Origin: a virus
IMG/VR virus record: IMGVR_UViG_3300017963_005353
Span: 19,526-83,525 of that record
Reading direction: 5' to 3' (one strand)
Length of the DNA: 64,000 nucleotides
Shown: positions 10,462 to 19,318 of the stretch, one piece after another
How the letters are laid out: each line of letters starts with the position of its first letter
How positions within the stretch are numbered: the first letter of the stretch is position 1
Notes under the pieces: generated by a model
Seen by the model: the letters and a program-made list of their open reading frames with translations, nothing else
What the model was told of the DNA's origin: nothing
Database searches by the model: none
Made by a program: the position numbers and the translations under genes

Positions 10462-10980
10462 ATGTTGCAAACGTGGTTGGACCAATTGTTGAACAGTCCA
10501 TTCGGACCCATCGCCGTCACCCTGGGTATCGGCGGGCTCCTGATCCTGCTGGCTTATGGCGTCTATCAGTTCAACCTCTACCTGATCAGGAAGGGGACGC
10601 ACCCGGCCATCGTGGAGGCGCTGAACAAGGCCATTGCCCTGGCGTGGCAGGCGAGCGAGCGGGCCATCGACGGCGGCATGGACCGGCTGCATGGGCTGGA
10701 CAAAAAGAAAATCGCGGACAGCCTATACGACACGGGTGGGGATCTTCTGATGCATCTCCAACTAAAGTTCTTGCCCATCGCCATCGACCTGCGGCGGTTC
10801 ATCACCCGCGAGCAGTGGGCGGAGTTCGTGCAGGCGCGGTTCGACGACATGACGGGCGAGCTCCAGGAGATCCTCGACCGGATGGAAGAGGAGGGGCCGC
10901 CCTGGGCGGAAGAGATCGCCATCGCCCATTCTGTGCCGCGCCCGTCAGGGGGCTCTCTACCTGGGCCATGGAACCAATGA
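10462..10980 (+). CDS. putative holin
   Basis: N-terminal TM then helical domain (AIALAWQASE...GLDKKKIA) reminiscent of LL-H-type holins; AAGGAGG upstream. Confidence 0.5.
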   Translation: MLQTWLDQLLNSPFGPIAVTLGIGGLLILLAYGVYQFNLYLIRKGTHPAIVEALNKAIALAWQASERAIDGGMDRLHGLDKKKIADSLYDTGGDLLMHLQLKFLPIAIDLRRFITREQWAEFVQARFDDMTGELQEILDRMEEEGPPWAEEIAIAHSVPRPSGGSLPGPWNQ

Positions 10981-11366
10981 GGGTCGCCGCATCCGAGCAA
11001 GTTTTCGAGACGGCAAACCTAATATGGCTCGACGTGCACGGGGGCCTGATGTTCATGGTCCACGAGTATGGCACGTGGATTGGCTGCCCGGACAGATGGG
11101 CGGGACAGGCGTATGACCCGATCCAGGTGGGAGAGGGCCGATCGGCTGTGGTGCGCGGCTTTGGCTACCTTTTCCACCTGGCACGGGATGGGCGGTCGAT
11201 CGTCTCGCTGGGGCAAACTGGGCAGCCGATCTCAAAAGAGCAGGGATACAAGGCAGGCGTTGAAGAGCACGACGATGGTTGGACCATGACAGACAGCTAT
11301 GGGCGGGTGCTGGAGCTTAGGGTCAAACAGGGCGTTGCCCTGTGGAGCGCCTCTCACTGGCCTTAG
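10977..11366 (+). CDS. hypothetical protein
   Basis: ATGA overlap with the previous gene; MRVAASEQVFETANLIW... Confidence 0.5.
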   Translation: MRVAASEQVFETANLIWLDVHGGLMFMVHEYGTWIGCPDRWAGQAYDPIQVGEGRSAVVRGFGYLFHLARDGRSIVSLGQTGQPISKEQGYKAGVEEHDDGWTMTDSYGRVLELRVKQGVALWSASHWP

Positions 11367-11419
11367 AACGGAACCGCCCTGCGGCCCTGACAACAAACGA
11401 CACTAAAGGAGGTGCAACT

Positions 11420-12679
11420 GTGGAAGATCCAAGAATCTCTGTTATTGGCCTGGGCAAGTTGGGCACGCCCATGGCCGTGGCAATGGCGGCGCGGGGGTAT
11501 ACCGTCATTGGCACCGACAAAAACCCCCAGACGGTAGCAGCGTTCAAGGGAGGCTGGCTGCCACGGTCCCCAAAGGAGGAGCCCGGCCTGGCCGAGGCCC
11601 TGGCAGCGGCCAACGGACGATTGGCCGTCACGGACAGCACGGCTGACGCCGTGGCGAACACCGATGTAACGTTCATCATCGTGCCCACACCGAGCGGGGA
11701 CGATGGCACGTTCGTCAACGATTACGTTCTGGCGGCCTGCTGCGGGGTGGCCCAGGGCATGGCCCGCAAAGACGCTTGGCACTTGGTCGTGCTCACGTCC
11801 ACGGTCATGCCCGGCTCTGCCCCACTCATCATACAGGCTTTGGAGCAAACCGGTCTCAAGCAGGGCGAGCACTTTGGCTACTGCTACTCCCCTCTGTTCA
11901 TCGCCCTGGGCAACGTGCTAAACGGGTTTCTGCAACCCGACATGATCCTGGTCGGTGCGGCCAGCCCGCTTGCCGGCGCCGAGCTCTCGGAGCTATACCG
12001 TGGCATATGTAAGGACTGCCCCCCCATAGTGTTGACAGACCCACTAACGGCCGAGTTTGCCAAGCTCTTGCTCAACTCCTTCCTGACCACAAAGATCACC
12101 TTTGCCAACTACATCGGCTGGATCGCCCATGAGACAGGAGCAAAGGCAGCAGACATCACCAGGCTGATCGGGCTCGACAGTCGTGTGAGCCCGAAGTTTT
12201 TCTCCCATGGGCCGCCCTTTGGCGGTCCCTGCTTTCCCCGCGACAACGTGGCCCTGGCAGCCTACCTGGGAGAGCACGACCTCTCCAACTGCTTTCCCCT
12301 GTGTGTGGACGATTTGAACTTTGAGGGCGCAATGCGGCTGGCGAATGTGGTAGAGGAGCACTCAGGGCGAGATGGAACCGTCGCCATCCTGGGCATGAGC
12401 TACAAGACCGGCTCCCCGGTGATGAACGATTCTCCATCACTCATCGTCCAGGAGTTCTTGGACGTCAGGGGGATCAACGTGGTCACGACCGACCCGTGGT
12501 TGGATGGCCCATCCCCGGAGGAGGCCATACAGGGGGCGGACGTGGTGCTGGTCATGCACAGGGACGAGCGGTACACACGGCTGCCGTTCGAACCCGGGCA
12601 GGTCATCGTTGACCCATGGAACCAGTTTGAGTACCAGCCCCCAGGCACCCACCTGGTCAAGATTGGAGGCGGCCCGTGA
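11420..12679 (+). CDS. UDP-glucose/GDP-mannose 6-dehydrogenase family protein
   Basis: GLGKLG Rossmann motif, IIVPTP, STVMPG, AEFAKL, FGGPCFPRD catalytic Cys, GMSYK; GTG 11420 after AAGGAGG. Confidence 0.92.
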   Translation: MEDPRISVIGLGKLGTPMAVAMAARGYTVIGTDKNPQTVAAFKGGWLPRSPKEEPGLAEALAAANGRLAVTDSTADAVANTDVTFIIVPTPSGDDGTFVNDYVLAACCGVAQGMARKDAWHLVVLTSTVMPGSAPLIIQALEQTGLKQGEHFGYCYSPLFIALGNVLNGFLQPDMILVGAASPLAGAELSELYRGICKDCPPIVLTDPLTAEFAKLLLNSFLTTKITFANYIGWIAHETGAKAADITRLIGLDSRVSPKFFSHGPPFGGPCFPRDNVALAAYLGEHDLSNCFPLCVDDLNFEGAMRLANVVEEHSGRDGTVAILGMSYKTGSPVMNDSPSLIVQEFLDVRGINVVTTDPWLDGPSPEEAIQGADVVLVMHRDERYTRLPFEPGQVIVDPWNQFEYQPPGTHLVKIGGGP

Positions 12680-13659
12680 AAACCAAAGTTCTCGTCACCG
12701 GTGCAGGTGGATTTATTGGGTCCCACCTGGTCCGAAGGCTCAAGCGTGCAGGGTTTTGGGTGCGCGGGGTAGACCTGAAAAAGCCGCAGTGGTCGGTCTC
12801 GCTGGCCGACGATTTTTGGGTTGCCGACCTGCGCGACCCGGGCGTCGCCATGCGGGCGTTCAGTGGTATGCAGGATGCCTACTGCCTGGCGGCGGACATG
12901 GGGGGCATGGGGTTCATCAGCACGAACCATTGTACCGTTCTTCGGCACAATGCCCTGATCAACGTCAACTCCGCTGCGGCTGCTGCCGGGACCGGCCTGG
13001 CCCGGATGTTCTACTCCAGTTCCGCTTGTGTGTACCCTGAGTGCCTGCAAATGGAGACGGGGATCGTCGGCCTTAGGGAGTGTGATGCCTGGAAAGGGCG
13101 ACCGGATACCGCCTATGGCGTGGAGAAGCTGTTTGGCGAGGAGGTCTTTCGCCGGTTGGCCGGCGAGCATGGCGTAGACGTTCGGATCGCCCGGTTCCAC
13201 AACATCTATGGCCCACAGGGTAGCTGGAACGATGGGCGGGAAAAACTGCCTGCCGCTGCCTGTCGCAAGGTGGCCCTGGCGAAACTGAGCGGGAATCACA
13301 CTGTAGAGGTCTGGGGCGACGGGCAGGCCACCAGGAGCTTTTGCTACATCGACGACTGCCTGGACATGGTGCTCGGGCTCATGGATTCCGACCACGACCA
13401 ACCGATCAACGTAGGCTCTGACCGGGAGGTGAGCGTAGACGACATGTACCATATCGCCGCGCTTGCTGCCGGTATCGAGGTGGAGCTCAGGCATGTGGAA
13501 GGACCACAGGGGGTCCGGGGACGTAACGCTGACCTGGCCCTGGCCCGAAAGATCCTAAAATGGAATGGGGGCACTCCCCTCGAGGATGGCATGGCCCAGA
13601 CTTACCGGTGGATCGAGGCACAGGTCAGGGCATGGAAAGGGGGAGGAGAGGGGTGTTAG
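12676..13659 (+). CDS. NAD-dependent nucleotide-sugar epimerase (GDP-mannose 3',5'-epimerase-like)
   Basis: TGAGGFIG, LAADMGGMGFI, SSSACVYP, YGVEK, RFHNIYGP, GREKLPAAACRK, GPQGVRGRN. Confidence 0.9.
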   Translation: MKTKVLVTGAGGFIGSHLVRRLKRAGFWVRGVDLKKPQWSVSLADDFWVADLRDPGVAMRAFSGMQDAYCLAADMGGMGFISTNHCTVLRHNALINVNSAAAAAGTGLARMFYSSSACVYPECLQMETGIVGLRECDAWKGRPDTAYGVEKLFGEEVFRRLAGEHGVDVRIARFHNIYGPQGSWNDGREKLPAAACRKVALAKLSGNHTVEVWGDGQATRSFCYIDDCLDMVLGLMDSDHDQPINVGSDREVSVDDMYHIAALAAGIEVELRHVEGPQGVRGRNADLALARKILKWNGGTPLEDGMAQTYRWIEAQVRAWKGGGEGC

Positions 13660-13714
13660 ACACCAACTAAAAGTTAGAAATGGTTAGAAATTGTCCCATT
13701 CTGCCCTGTTTGTC

Positions 13715-13743
13715 TTGACAAAACGGGGCAGTTATGTTATACT
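13715..13743 (+). promoter_or_regulatory. sigma70-type promoter
   Basis: TTGACA-17-TATACT with extended TG, upstream of GAGGAG and ATG 13782. Confidence 0.8.
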
Positions 13744-13781
13744 GTAGTTGTGGACAGAATCACCGTTTGAGGAGACCAGAC

Positions 13782-14357
13782 ATGACCAGAGAAGAGACAC
13801 AAAGCAACAACATCCTTTCCGCATTGATCTTGGCAGTATCCAGAGGCTCCGGGCATTGGCGGGATCGCCAGCCCTTCCAGGCGTTCAAGCTCTTTAGCTC
13901 TGGAAAGTTTGAGCAAGTGGACGAGGCCAATTTCGACGCCGCCATTGAGTTCATGCGCGAGCGCCGGTTCCAGCCTTTTGGTTTCTGGATTCATGGAGGC
14001 CCGGCCATCGCCTTCTCTGTCGGGGCCAACGCCGTGGTTCAAGCCTGGCGCAAGGCGCATGGCGACGACCCGATCATGGCCGCCCCGCTCGCCTTCCATA
14101 GGCGCGACTGGTGGGAGGCCAAAAGGGGCCGGTCGGGATATGTCGGCACCAGCGCGATCGTGGTCGGGAATTGGGTGATCGCACCGACCAGGACCGGGGC
14201 AGAGATCGCCCGGCTGAGAAGCCAGTATCCCGGTTACGCCGGCGACCTGGCGCTCGTTCCTCTCTATGTCATCAGGCGCGAGCACGACGAGCGATGCGAG
14301 CGGGAGATCCGGGCCGGTGGGCGGGGCGCACTTGCCTGGGCCAGCACCAGAGGATGA
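13782..14357 (+). CDS. hypothetical protein
   Basis: Own promoter and RBS; ~191 aa. Confidence 0.65.
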   Translation: MTREETQSNNILSALILAVSRGSGHWRDRQPFQAFKLFSSGKFEQVDEANFDAAIEFMRERRFQPFGFWIHGGPAIAFSVGANAVVQAWRKAHGDDPIMAAPLAFHRRDWWEAKRGRSGYVGTSAIVVGNWVIAPTRTGAEIARLRSQYPGYAGDLALVPLYVIRREHDERCEREIRAGGRGALAWASTRG

Positions 14358-14363
14358 CAGACA

Positions 14364-14549
14364 ATGACCAGGAGAGCCGTGAGGATCAGGTGGCAAATGG
14401 GACCGGAGGACTATGGGTCCCTCGCCAATCAGGTCGTGACCAACATCCACATTGATGACCAGGGGTACGCCTTTGGCTCGTGGAACGGTCGCCTTGTGGG
14501 GGCCTACCACGTGGACAGCTTTGTGTGGTACGTGATCGACTGGCTGTAG
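14364..14549 (+). CDS. small hypothetical protein
   Basis: 61 aa; follows the previous gene and ends at the terminator. Confidence 0.5.
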   Translation: MTRRAVRIRWQMGPEDYGSLANQVVTNIHIDDQGYAFGSWNGRLVGAYHVDSFVWYVIDWL

Positions 14550-14603
14550 AAAAAAACAGAGCCGGCGCATCGGGAGTATCAACTCACCCCCTTGGCCGGC
14601 TCT
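14550..14603 (-). terminator. intrinsic terminator hairpin
   Basis: AGAGCCGGC/GCCGGCTCT stem followed by GTTTTTTT on the minus strand. Confidence 0.7.
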
Positions 14604-14619
14604 CGTCAGAGGAGGGACA
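14550..14619 (-). ncRNA. candidate ~70-nt small RNA
   Basis: Promoter 14625-14653 directly upstream and terminator directly downstream, with no credible ORF between. Confidence 0.5.
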
Positions 14620-14624
14620 AATCT

Positions 14625-14653
14625 ATTCTACCACAGGTTGTCTACTCTGTCAA
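14625..14653 (-). promoter_or_regulatory. sigma70-type promoter
   Basis: TTGACA-17-TAGAAT with TGTGG before the -10. Confidence 0.7.
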
Positions 14654-15121
14654 ATTGAGCCCTGTACTTGTCATACAGGACAAGTGCATGGGACAACCGC
14701 CCTCTAGCGAGCAAAAAGGACAATCCCCGCACTCCCCGATCCACGCCCACTGCCCAGGAATCCCATCGTTCTCCAGGCAACAGAGCATCATTTGAAACTG
14801 GCTTTGCACCACCCACCCTTGCCTCTCGACGTGCTTCAGGTGCCCGTCGAAAGGCTCCGGGTCTTGCTCGAGGGCGAACCCGAGCTCGGCCTGTAGCCCA
14901 TGCCCATGCCATGCCCGGCCCACCGCCCCGGTCGGTACGTGGAGCTCAGGCGGGGGCGTCACGTCCAGCAGGGGCACGTCGCCATCCGTGTCAAGATAAA
15001 GCGTCCACGTGTTTCGCCCCGTCAGCTTGTGGAACACGAACACGACGCCCTTGTCTGACCCCAGGGCATCGGGGTAGTGCAAGGCAAAGCCCCGCTCGAA
15101 ATTGACTTGAAACGCCCTCAC
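14642..15121 (-). CDS. hypothetical protein with Cys-rich C-terminus
   Basis: GTG 15121 after GGAGGT and a promoter at 15144-15171; CGDCPFC...CPMH. Confidence 0.55.
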   Translation of the reverse strand: MRAFQVNFERGFALHYPDALGSDKGVVFVFHKLTGRNTWTLYLDTDGDVPLLDVTPPPELHVPTGAVGRAWHGHGLQAELGFALEQDPEPFDGHLKHVERQGWVVQSQFQMMLCCLENDGIPGQWAWIGECGDCPFCSLEGGCPMHLSCMTSTGLNLTE

Positions 15122-15143
15122 TGGAATCACCTCCCTGGCTATA

Positions 15144-15171
15144 ATTCTACCAGGATAATGGAGGGCGTCAA
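15144..15171 (-). promoter_or_regulatory. sigma70-type promoter
   Basis: TTGACG-16-TAGAAT with extended TG. Confidence 0.55.
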
Positions 15172-16553
15172 GTGTCAAGTTCCCCTTGGGGAGCACTCCA
15201 GGTGAAAATCGTCTGTACCTTGTCCACGGCCGGCTCCCTACCCAGGGCGGCCAGCATCTCCGGGTAGCCCAGGTAGTCGTTGGGAATCTCGATCCCCGGC
15301 ACCCACTCGATGCGCTCCCGCTGGACCAGGCCGGCATCGGTCAGCCACGCCTCGATGATAAACCCGCCGATGACAACGTGCCAGCCTTTGCGCTTGGTCA
15401 GGGAGTTTGTCCCTTCGAAGCAGCCGCATTGCATCCCGGTGATGGGGCCGAAAACGCTCCAAAACGCGGTATGCAGGTGCCCGGCCAGCACGAACCGCAG
15501 GCTTGGGTTTTCCTTGAGCCCGTAGATCAGATTCATGAGCTCGCCGAAACTGTATTGCTCGATCCCCTTTTGCAGCTTGTAGGAAATGGCGTAGGCCCTG
15601 CCCCCGGTCATGTGCCACAGGCGGACGCTTGCCCGGTCTGTCAGGGGCACATCGGCCACGTCATACCCCAGGTAGACCACGTCGTCTCTGGACAAGGCAA
15701 AGACCTTCACGATGTCAGCCCCGCCCAACTTGAGATACGAAAAGTCGTGGTTTCCCCCGATGACATAGTAGGTCAAGCCTTCCAGGTGAGGGAGAGTCAT
15801 GTCGAGCACGATCAATTGCTGGTCTGCCCCCACCGCCCACAGGTCGTTTAACTGCCCCCTGTAGACGTTGTGCCCCGCCACCAGGTCGCCGGGCACAAAG
15901 ATGTGCCGGATACCGGCATCGTAACAGCACTGGATAAACGCCCGGGTATTGGTGATCTGTTGGGCGGTGCTGCCGGCGTGCAGGTCGGTGGCAACCCCAA
16001 AGGGGCAGTAATGCCCCGTCATTTCAGCCAGGGGAGTGGGGATCTGCTGCGCCACGTCTACAGTTGGGGCCGTCTCGGTGTCGAGCCGGACCGTGGTTTC
16101 CGTGGCGACGATGGGGAACCCCTCTGCTGCCAGTTCATCCACTATCGCCCTAATAGTCGGCTCCGAGCGGTCAAACTGGCGCGAGAGTTGCTCGAGCGTC
16201 ACATTCTCGTTCTTGATGATCCCCCTGATCTCCTCTTTCAAAAGCGCGTGGGTGTCCACGGCCTCATCGGGGGGGATCTCCAGGGGGACGACCGGTGCCC
16301 CGCTTGGCTTGGGGGCATCGTCCTGTTTGCCGTTCAGGTGTGCCTTGCCTGGCGGCTTGGCATACCCGTATCTGCGCCTTGCCCGTGTTACCGCTATCTT
16401 GGTGGCTTTGACGCCCGCTTTTTGGAGCATCTCGGCCACCTCCCGGTCAGAGTGGGTGCGATAAACTTTTCCGAGCCACTGGTGGAGAGCGATGACCTGC
16501 TCCCCGTGCCTTATAGTGGCTTCCCAATCAACGCCTTCCTTTCGTGTGAGCAT
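15168..16553 (-). CDS. calcineurin-like metallophosphoesterase with N-terminal HTH-like domains
   Basis: ATDLH, GDLVAG, GGNHD, LWH, LAGHLH motifs; HTH-like N-terminus. Confidence 0.85.
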   Translation of the reverse strand: MLTRKEGVDWEATIRHGEQVIALHQWLGKVYRTHSDREVAEMLQKAGVKATKIAVTRARRRYGYAKPPGKAHLNGKQDDAPKPSGAPVVPLEIPPDEAVDTHALLKEEIRGIIKNENVTLEQLSRQFDRSEPTIRAIVDELAAEGFPIVATETTVRLDTETAPTVDVAQQIPTPLAEMTGHYCPFGVATDLHAGSTAQQITNTRAFIQCCYDAGIRHIFVPGDLVAGHNVYRGQLNDLWAVGADQQLIVLDMTLPHLEGLTYYVIGGNHDFSYLKLGGADIVKVFALSRDDVVYLGYDVADVPLTDRASVRLWHMTGGRAYAISYKLQKGIEQYSFGELMNLIYGLKENPSLRFVLAGHLHTAFWSVFGPITGMQCGCFEGTNSLTKRKGWHVVIGGFIIEAWLTDAGLVQRERIEWVPGIEIPNDYLGYPEMLAALGREPAVDKVQTIFTWSAPQGELDT

Positions 16554-17361
16554 CCCTAGTCCCTCCTTGCTTTTCTGTGATGTTTAGGTTTGCGCTCATG
16601 GTCCACAGGCACGAATCGGTTGTCCCCTCCCCATGCCTGGGGCGCTCGGTTTGCCAAAGGTTGTTGTTGTAGTACCACAGCGCGTCCGGGGTCTGTGGGC
16701 TGTCTGCTTGGTGAACGGCCAGCACCGCGTCTGTGGCGTCCACGGTCTCAAACGCCTTGCGGCCGGCGGTCAACAGCAGGTAATTGTCCCATGCGGCCTT
16801 GCCGACGATGTAGGGGGCCAGGTCGGGCACCGTTCCCCTCCTGAACAAAAACCAGTCGAGCCCCGCCGGGCCGTGCAATGCCCCTGTGGACCTGGCATAC
16901 TGCTCTAGCCTCTCTTGCCAACGTGCCCCGAAATTGAGTGTCTGCCCAGTCAAGGTGGGCACATCCCATCGCTGCCCGACAACCATGAAGGGCGCGATCG
17001 TGAACCTGGCGTGCACCGCTTCTACCATCTCCATAAAGCCTCTGACCAGGATGATGTCGGCGTTGATATAGCATGCCAGGGAAGTAGTTGCCATGGCCTG
17101 GGCGTCTCTGAAAAGGGCGTGAAGGTAGGGAGGACCGTTTCGGTGCCGGGCCACGCCTGGGCGATGCAAGACCTCAAGCTCGCCGGTCATGCGTCGTGAG
17201 CCATAATCGTCGCCAAACACAACGATGGTCGGGCGCGGGTGAAGGAGGGTCCAACTTTTTATGGCGTTCCACTGTGCCGCCGCGTCATCGCCTCGCCAGG
17301 GCTTGCACGTGGTAAAGAGTGTGACGTTAGATTTCAATTTCAACGATGTCGGCATTGGCAA
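16528..17361 (-). CDS. glycosyltransferase-like protein (GT-A fold)
   Basis: FTTCKP, QWNAIKSW, YINADII, VGQRWD, WDN motifs. Confidence 0.7.
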   Translation of the reverse strand: MPMPTSLKLKSNVTLFTTCKPWRGDDAAAQWNAIKSWTLLHPRPTIVVFGDDYGSRRMTGELEVLHRPGVARHRNGPPYLHALFRDAQAMATTSLACYINADIILVRGFMEMVEAVHARFTIAPFMVVGQRWDVPTLTGQTLNFGARWQERLEQYARSTGALHGPAGLDWFLFRRGTVPDLAPYIVGKAAWDNYLLLTAGRKAFETVDATDAVLAVHQADSPQTPDALWYYNNNLWQTERPRHGEGTTDSCLWTMSANLNITEKQGGTRDAHTKGRR

Positions 17362-18244
17362 AGCCCCAATTTTCGTCGTTCGGCGTCCGGCTTTTCCCGG
17401 TCCGGAGCATCAGCTTTTTCCAGGGCTCAAATTCGGTCAACAGGTTGATGACCGGATAGGGGTATTCGGCCTTAACAGCGTCGAGCCCCACGAGTGCCTT
17501 GTCGTGGCACAGGTGGTACATGGGATGAGGGATGCAGTGCTCCCCATATCCCTCGGCACGGGCCATGAAGAGCAAAAGGCTATCAATGTGGGGGCTCCAG
17601 CGTCCTAATTCCGGGTAGCCCTTGAGGGCTGCCCAGGCGTCCCGGTGCAACATGGTAAAATCCCCACAGGCATCGGTGAAAACATCGTCCTTTCCGGGAG
17701 GTGCGTTGTGCTCCTCCGTTACATGCTCTCGCAAAGCCTCCAGCCATACGTCCACCATATAAGGATTGAGCAATTCGGGTGGATCGGAGACCCGTCGCAG
17801 GTTTGTGTCAAAGCGGGGGGCTCGATAGTACAGCCTCTCGTCCAGGTGCCCCTTGGCGTCAGCGGTTGCCAGCCATGCCACCAATTCGTGAGAGTAGAGC
17901 AGGTCGGCGTTGGTGCACAGCACCCACTTGCCTCTTGCCCGCCTAATCCCGCAGTTCTTGGCCTGCATCTGAAAGAACGGTATGATGTGGGAGTTCTCAA
18001 CCTGATCGTGGACCTCTTTGGGCACCAACAAGATCCGGATTTTGGCCTGCTTGCCCTTCGGCCAGCGAATGGCGTCTTTGAGCAACGGGCGGTCAGGGGG
18101 CGGGTTCCATTCCACGACCACAAGCTCCATGTCGAGCCCGTGCTTTTGTGCCTGCCACGTTATACCGGAGATGAATGCCTGGTTGCGATGCAGGCTGTCC
18201 CCATCATAGGCGTCATTGCGGGTCGCTGTCACGATGCTGATCAT
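17327..18244 (-). CDS. glycosyltransferase family 2-like protein
   Basis: ISIVTATRND, VVVEWNP, KNCGIRRARG, TNADLL, CGDF, W..LKGYPE. Confidence 0.8.
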   Translation of the reverse strand: MISIVTATRNDAYDGDSLHRNQAFISGITWQAQKHGLDMELVVVEWNPPPDRPLLKDAIRWPKGKQAKIRILLVPKEVHDQVENSHIIPFFQMQAKNCGIRRARGKWVLCTNADLLYSHELVAWLATADAKGHLDERLYYRAPRFDTNLRRVSDPPELLNPYMVDVWLEALREHVTEEHNAPPGKDDVFTDACGDFTMLHRDAWAALKGYPELGRWSPHIDSLLLFMARAEGYGEHCIPHPMYHLCHDKALVGLDAVKAEYPYPVINLLTEFEPWKKLMLRTGKSRTPNDENWGFANADIVEIEI

Positions 18245-18410
18245 TCGTTAGCTCCTGTGGGAATGGCGAGCGGATAATGGTTCCTTCGGTCGGGTCGTAA
18301 CGCACGACCTCCAGCCCCGTCTTACCGGTGGCCACGTGTATGGCGAAAATAGGTTCGTCGTCGGTCAGCACCAGATTAAGACCATCTCGAATTTGCTTCC
18401 AGGTCATCAT
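18213..18410 (-). CDS. small hypothetical protein
   Basis: Fills the gap between the MTase and the GT, overlapping both. Confidence 0.45.
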   Translation of the reverse strand: MMTWKQIRDGLNLVLTDDEPIFAIHVATGKTGLEVVRYDPTEGTIIRSPFPQELTNDQHRDSDPQ

Positions 18411-19318
18411 CACCCTATCCTCAAAGGCATCGGCTTCATAAGCCCCACGCGCTTGAGGCTTGGGTCTGCCACGGCGTCGATGAGCAAATGCCAGCCAAAA
18501 TGCCGTTCCAGCCAGCGAAAGACCGGGGGTGGGATCCGCTGCCAGTACCACTCTTTGACGTATTCCCCTCTGATGTAGGCGGGGATTTGATACGGGAAAA
18601 TGTGGTCAACGCGCATCCTTGTGACCCTGAGCCCGTGGTCCTCCAGGTAGAGACGGGCCTGTCGCTGGGTGTAGGTTCGCGTGATGGGACAGCCGGTCTG
18701 GGCCTCCGAATGTCGGGCCACGATCCGGTCGAGCGTTGCCAAGGGCAGGACCAGCCGCAACAGGTTCCATCCCCTGAGCAAGATCCAAAGCACCTTCCAT
18801 GAGACCTTGTGGTACAGCATCAGTTTCATGGTACTGTCAGGCCCCATGTACTCACGCAGGTTATAAAGTGCCGCCTGGGGATAGGGCGTGTGGTGGAGCA
18901 CCCCGAACGAGTATACCAGATCAAACGGTTCTTCTGGGGGGAAATAACGGGTGAGCTCCTCCAGAGGGAGCGTCATAAAGCGGATACTGCCCATCGTGTG
19001 TGTGACAACCGCCCGCTTTCTTGCGATCTCGATGGATTTCGGGGACAGATCCACGGCGACTACCTGGGCGCCCGCCTCAGCAAACGAGAGTGCCATAGTG
19101 CCAATGCCACAACCGGCGTCGAGCACCCTCTTGCCCTGCCACCTATCGAACTCGCTAAAGTCAACAATGTGGGGCTCGACCCGATATTTCCGGGCGGTCA
19201 CTGCCCGGCTGTACGCCAAGGGGTCGGTGTCAACGTCAATGTCGCCCCCGTGCCGCACGTTGCAGGGCCTTGCATCCCAATAGTCTCGCACGTCAACGAT
19301 GGTCGGGTGTCGTCTCAT
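18410..19318 (-). CDS. class I SAM-dependent methyltransferase
   Basis: VLDAGCGIG, VDLS, FDLVYSFGVLHH. Confidence 0.9.
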   Translation of the reverse strand: MRRHPTIVDVRDYWDARPCNVRHGGDIDVDTDPLAYSRAVTARKYRVEPHIVDFSEFDRWQGKRVLDAGCGIGTMALSFAEAGAQVVAVDLSPKSIEIARKRAVVTHTMGSIRFMTLPLEELTRYFPPEEPFDLVYSFGVLHHTPYPQAALYNLREYMGPDSTMKLMLYHKVSWKVLWILLRGWNLLRLVLPLATLDRIVARHSEAQTGCPITRTYTQRQARLYLEDHGLRVTRMRVDHIFPYQIPAYIRGEYVKEWYWQRIPPPVFRWLERHFGWHLLIDAVADPSLKRVGLMKPMPLRIG

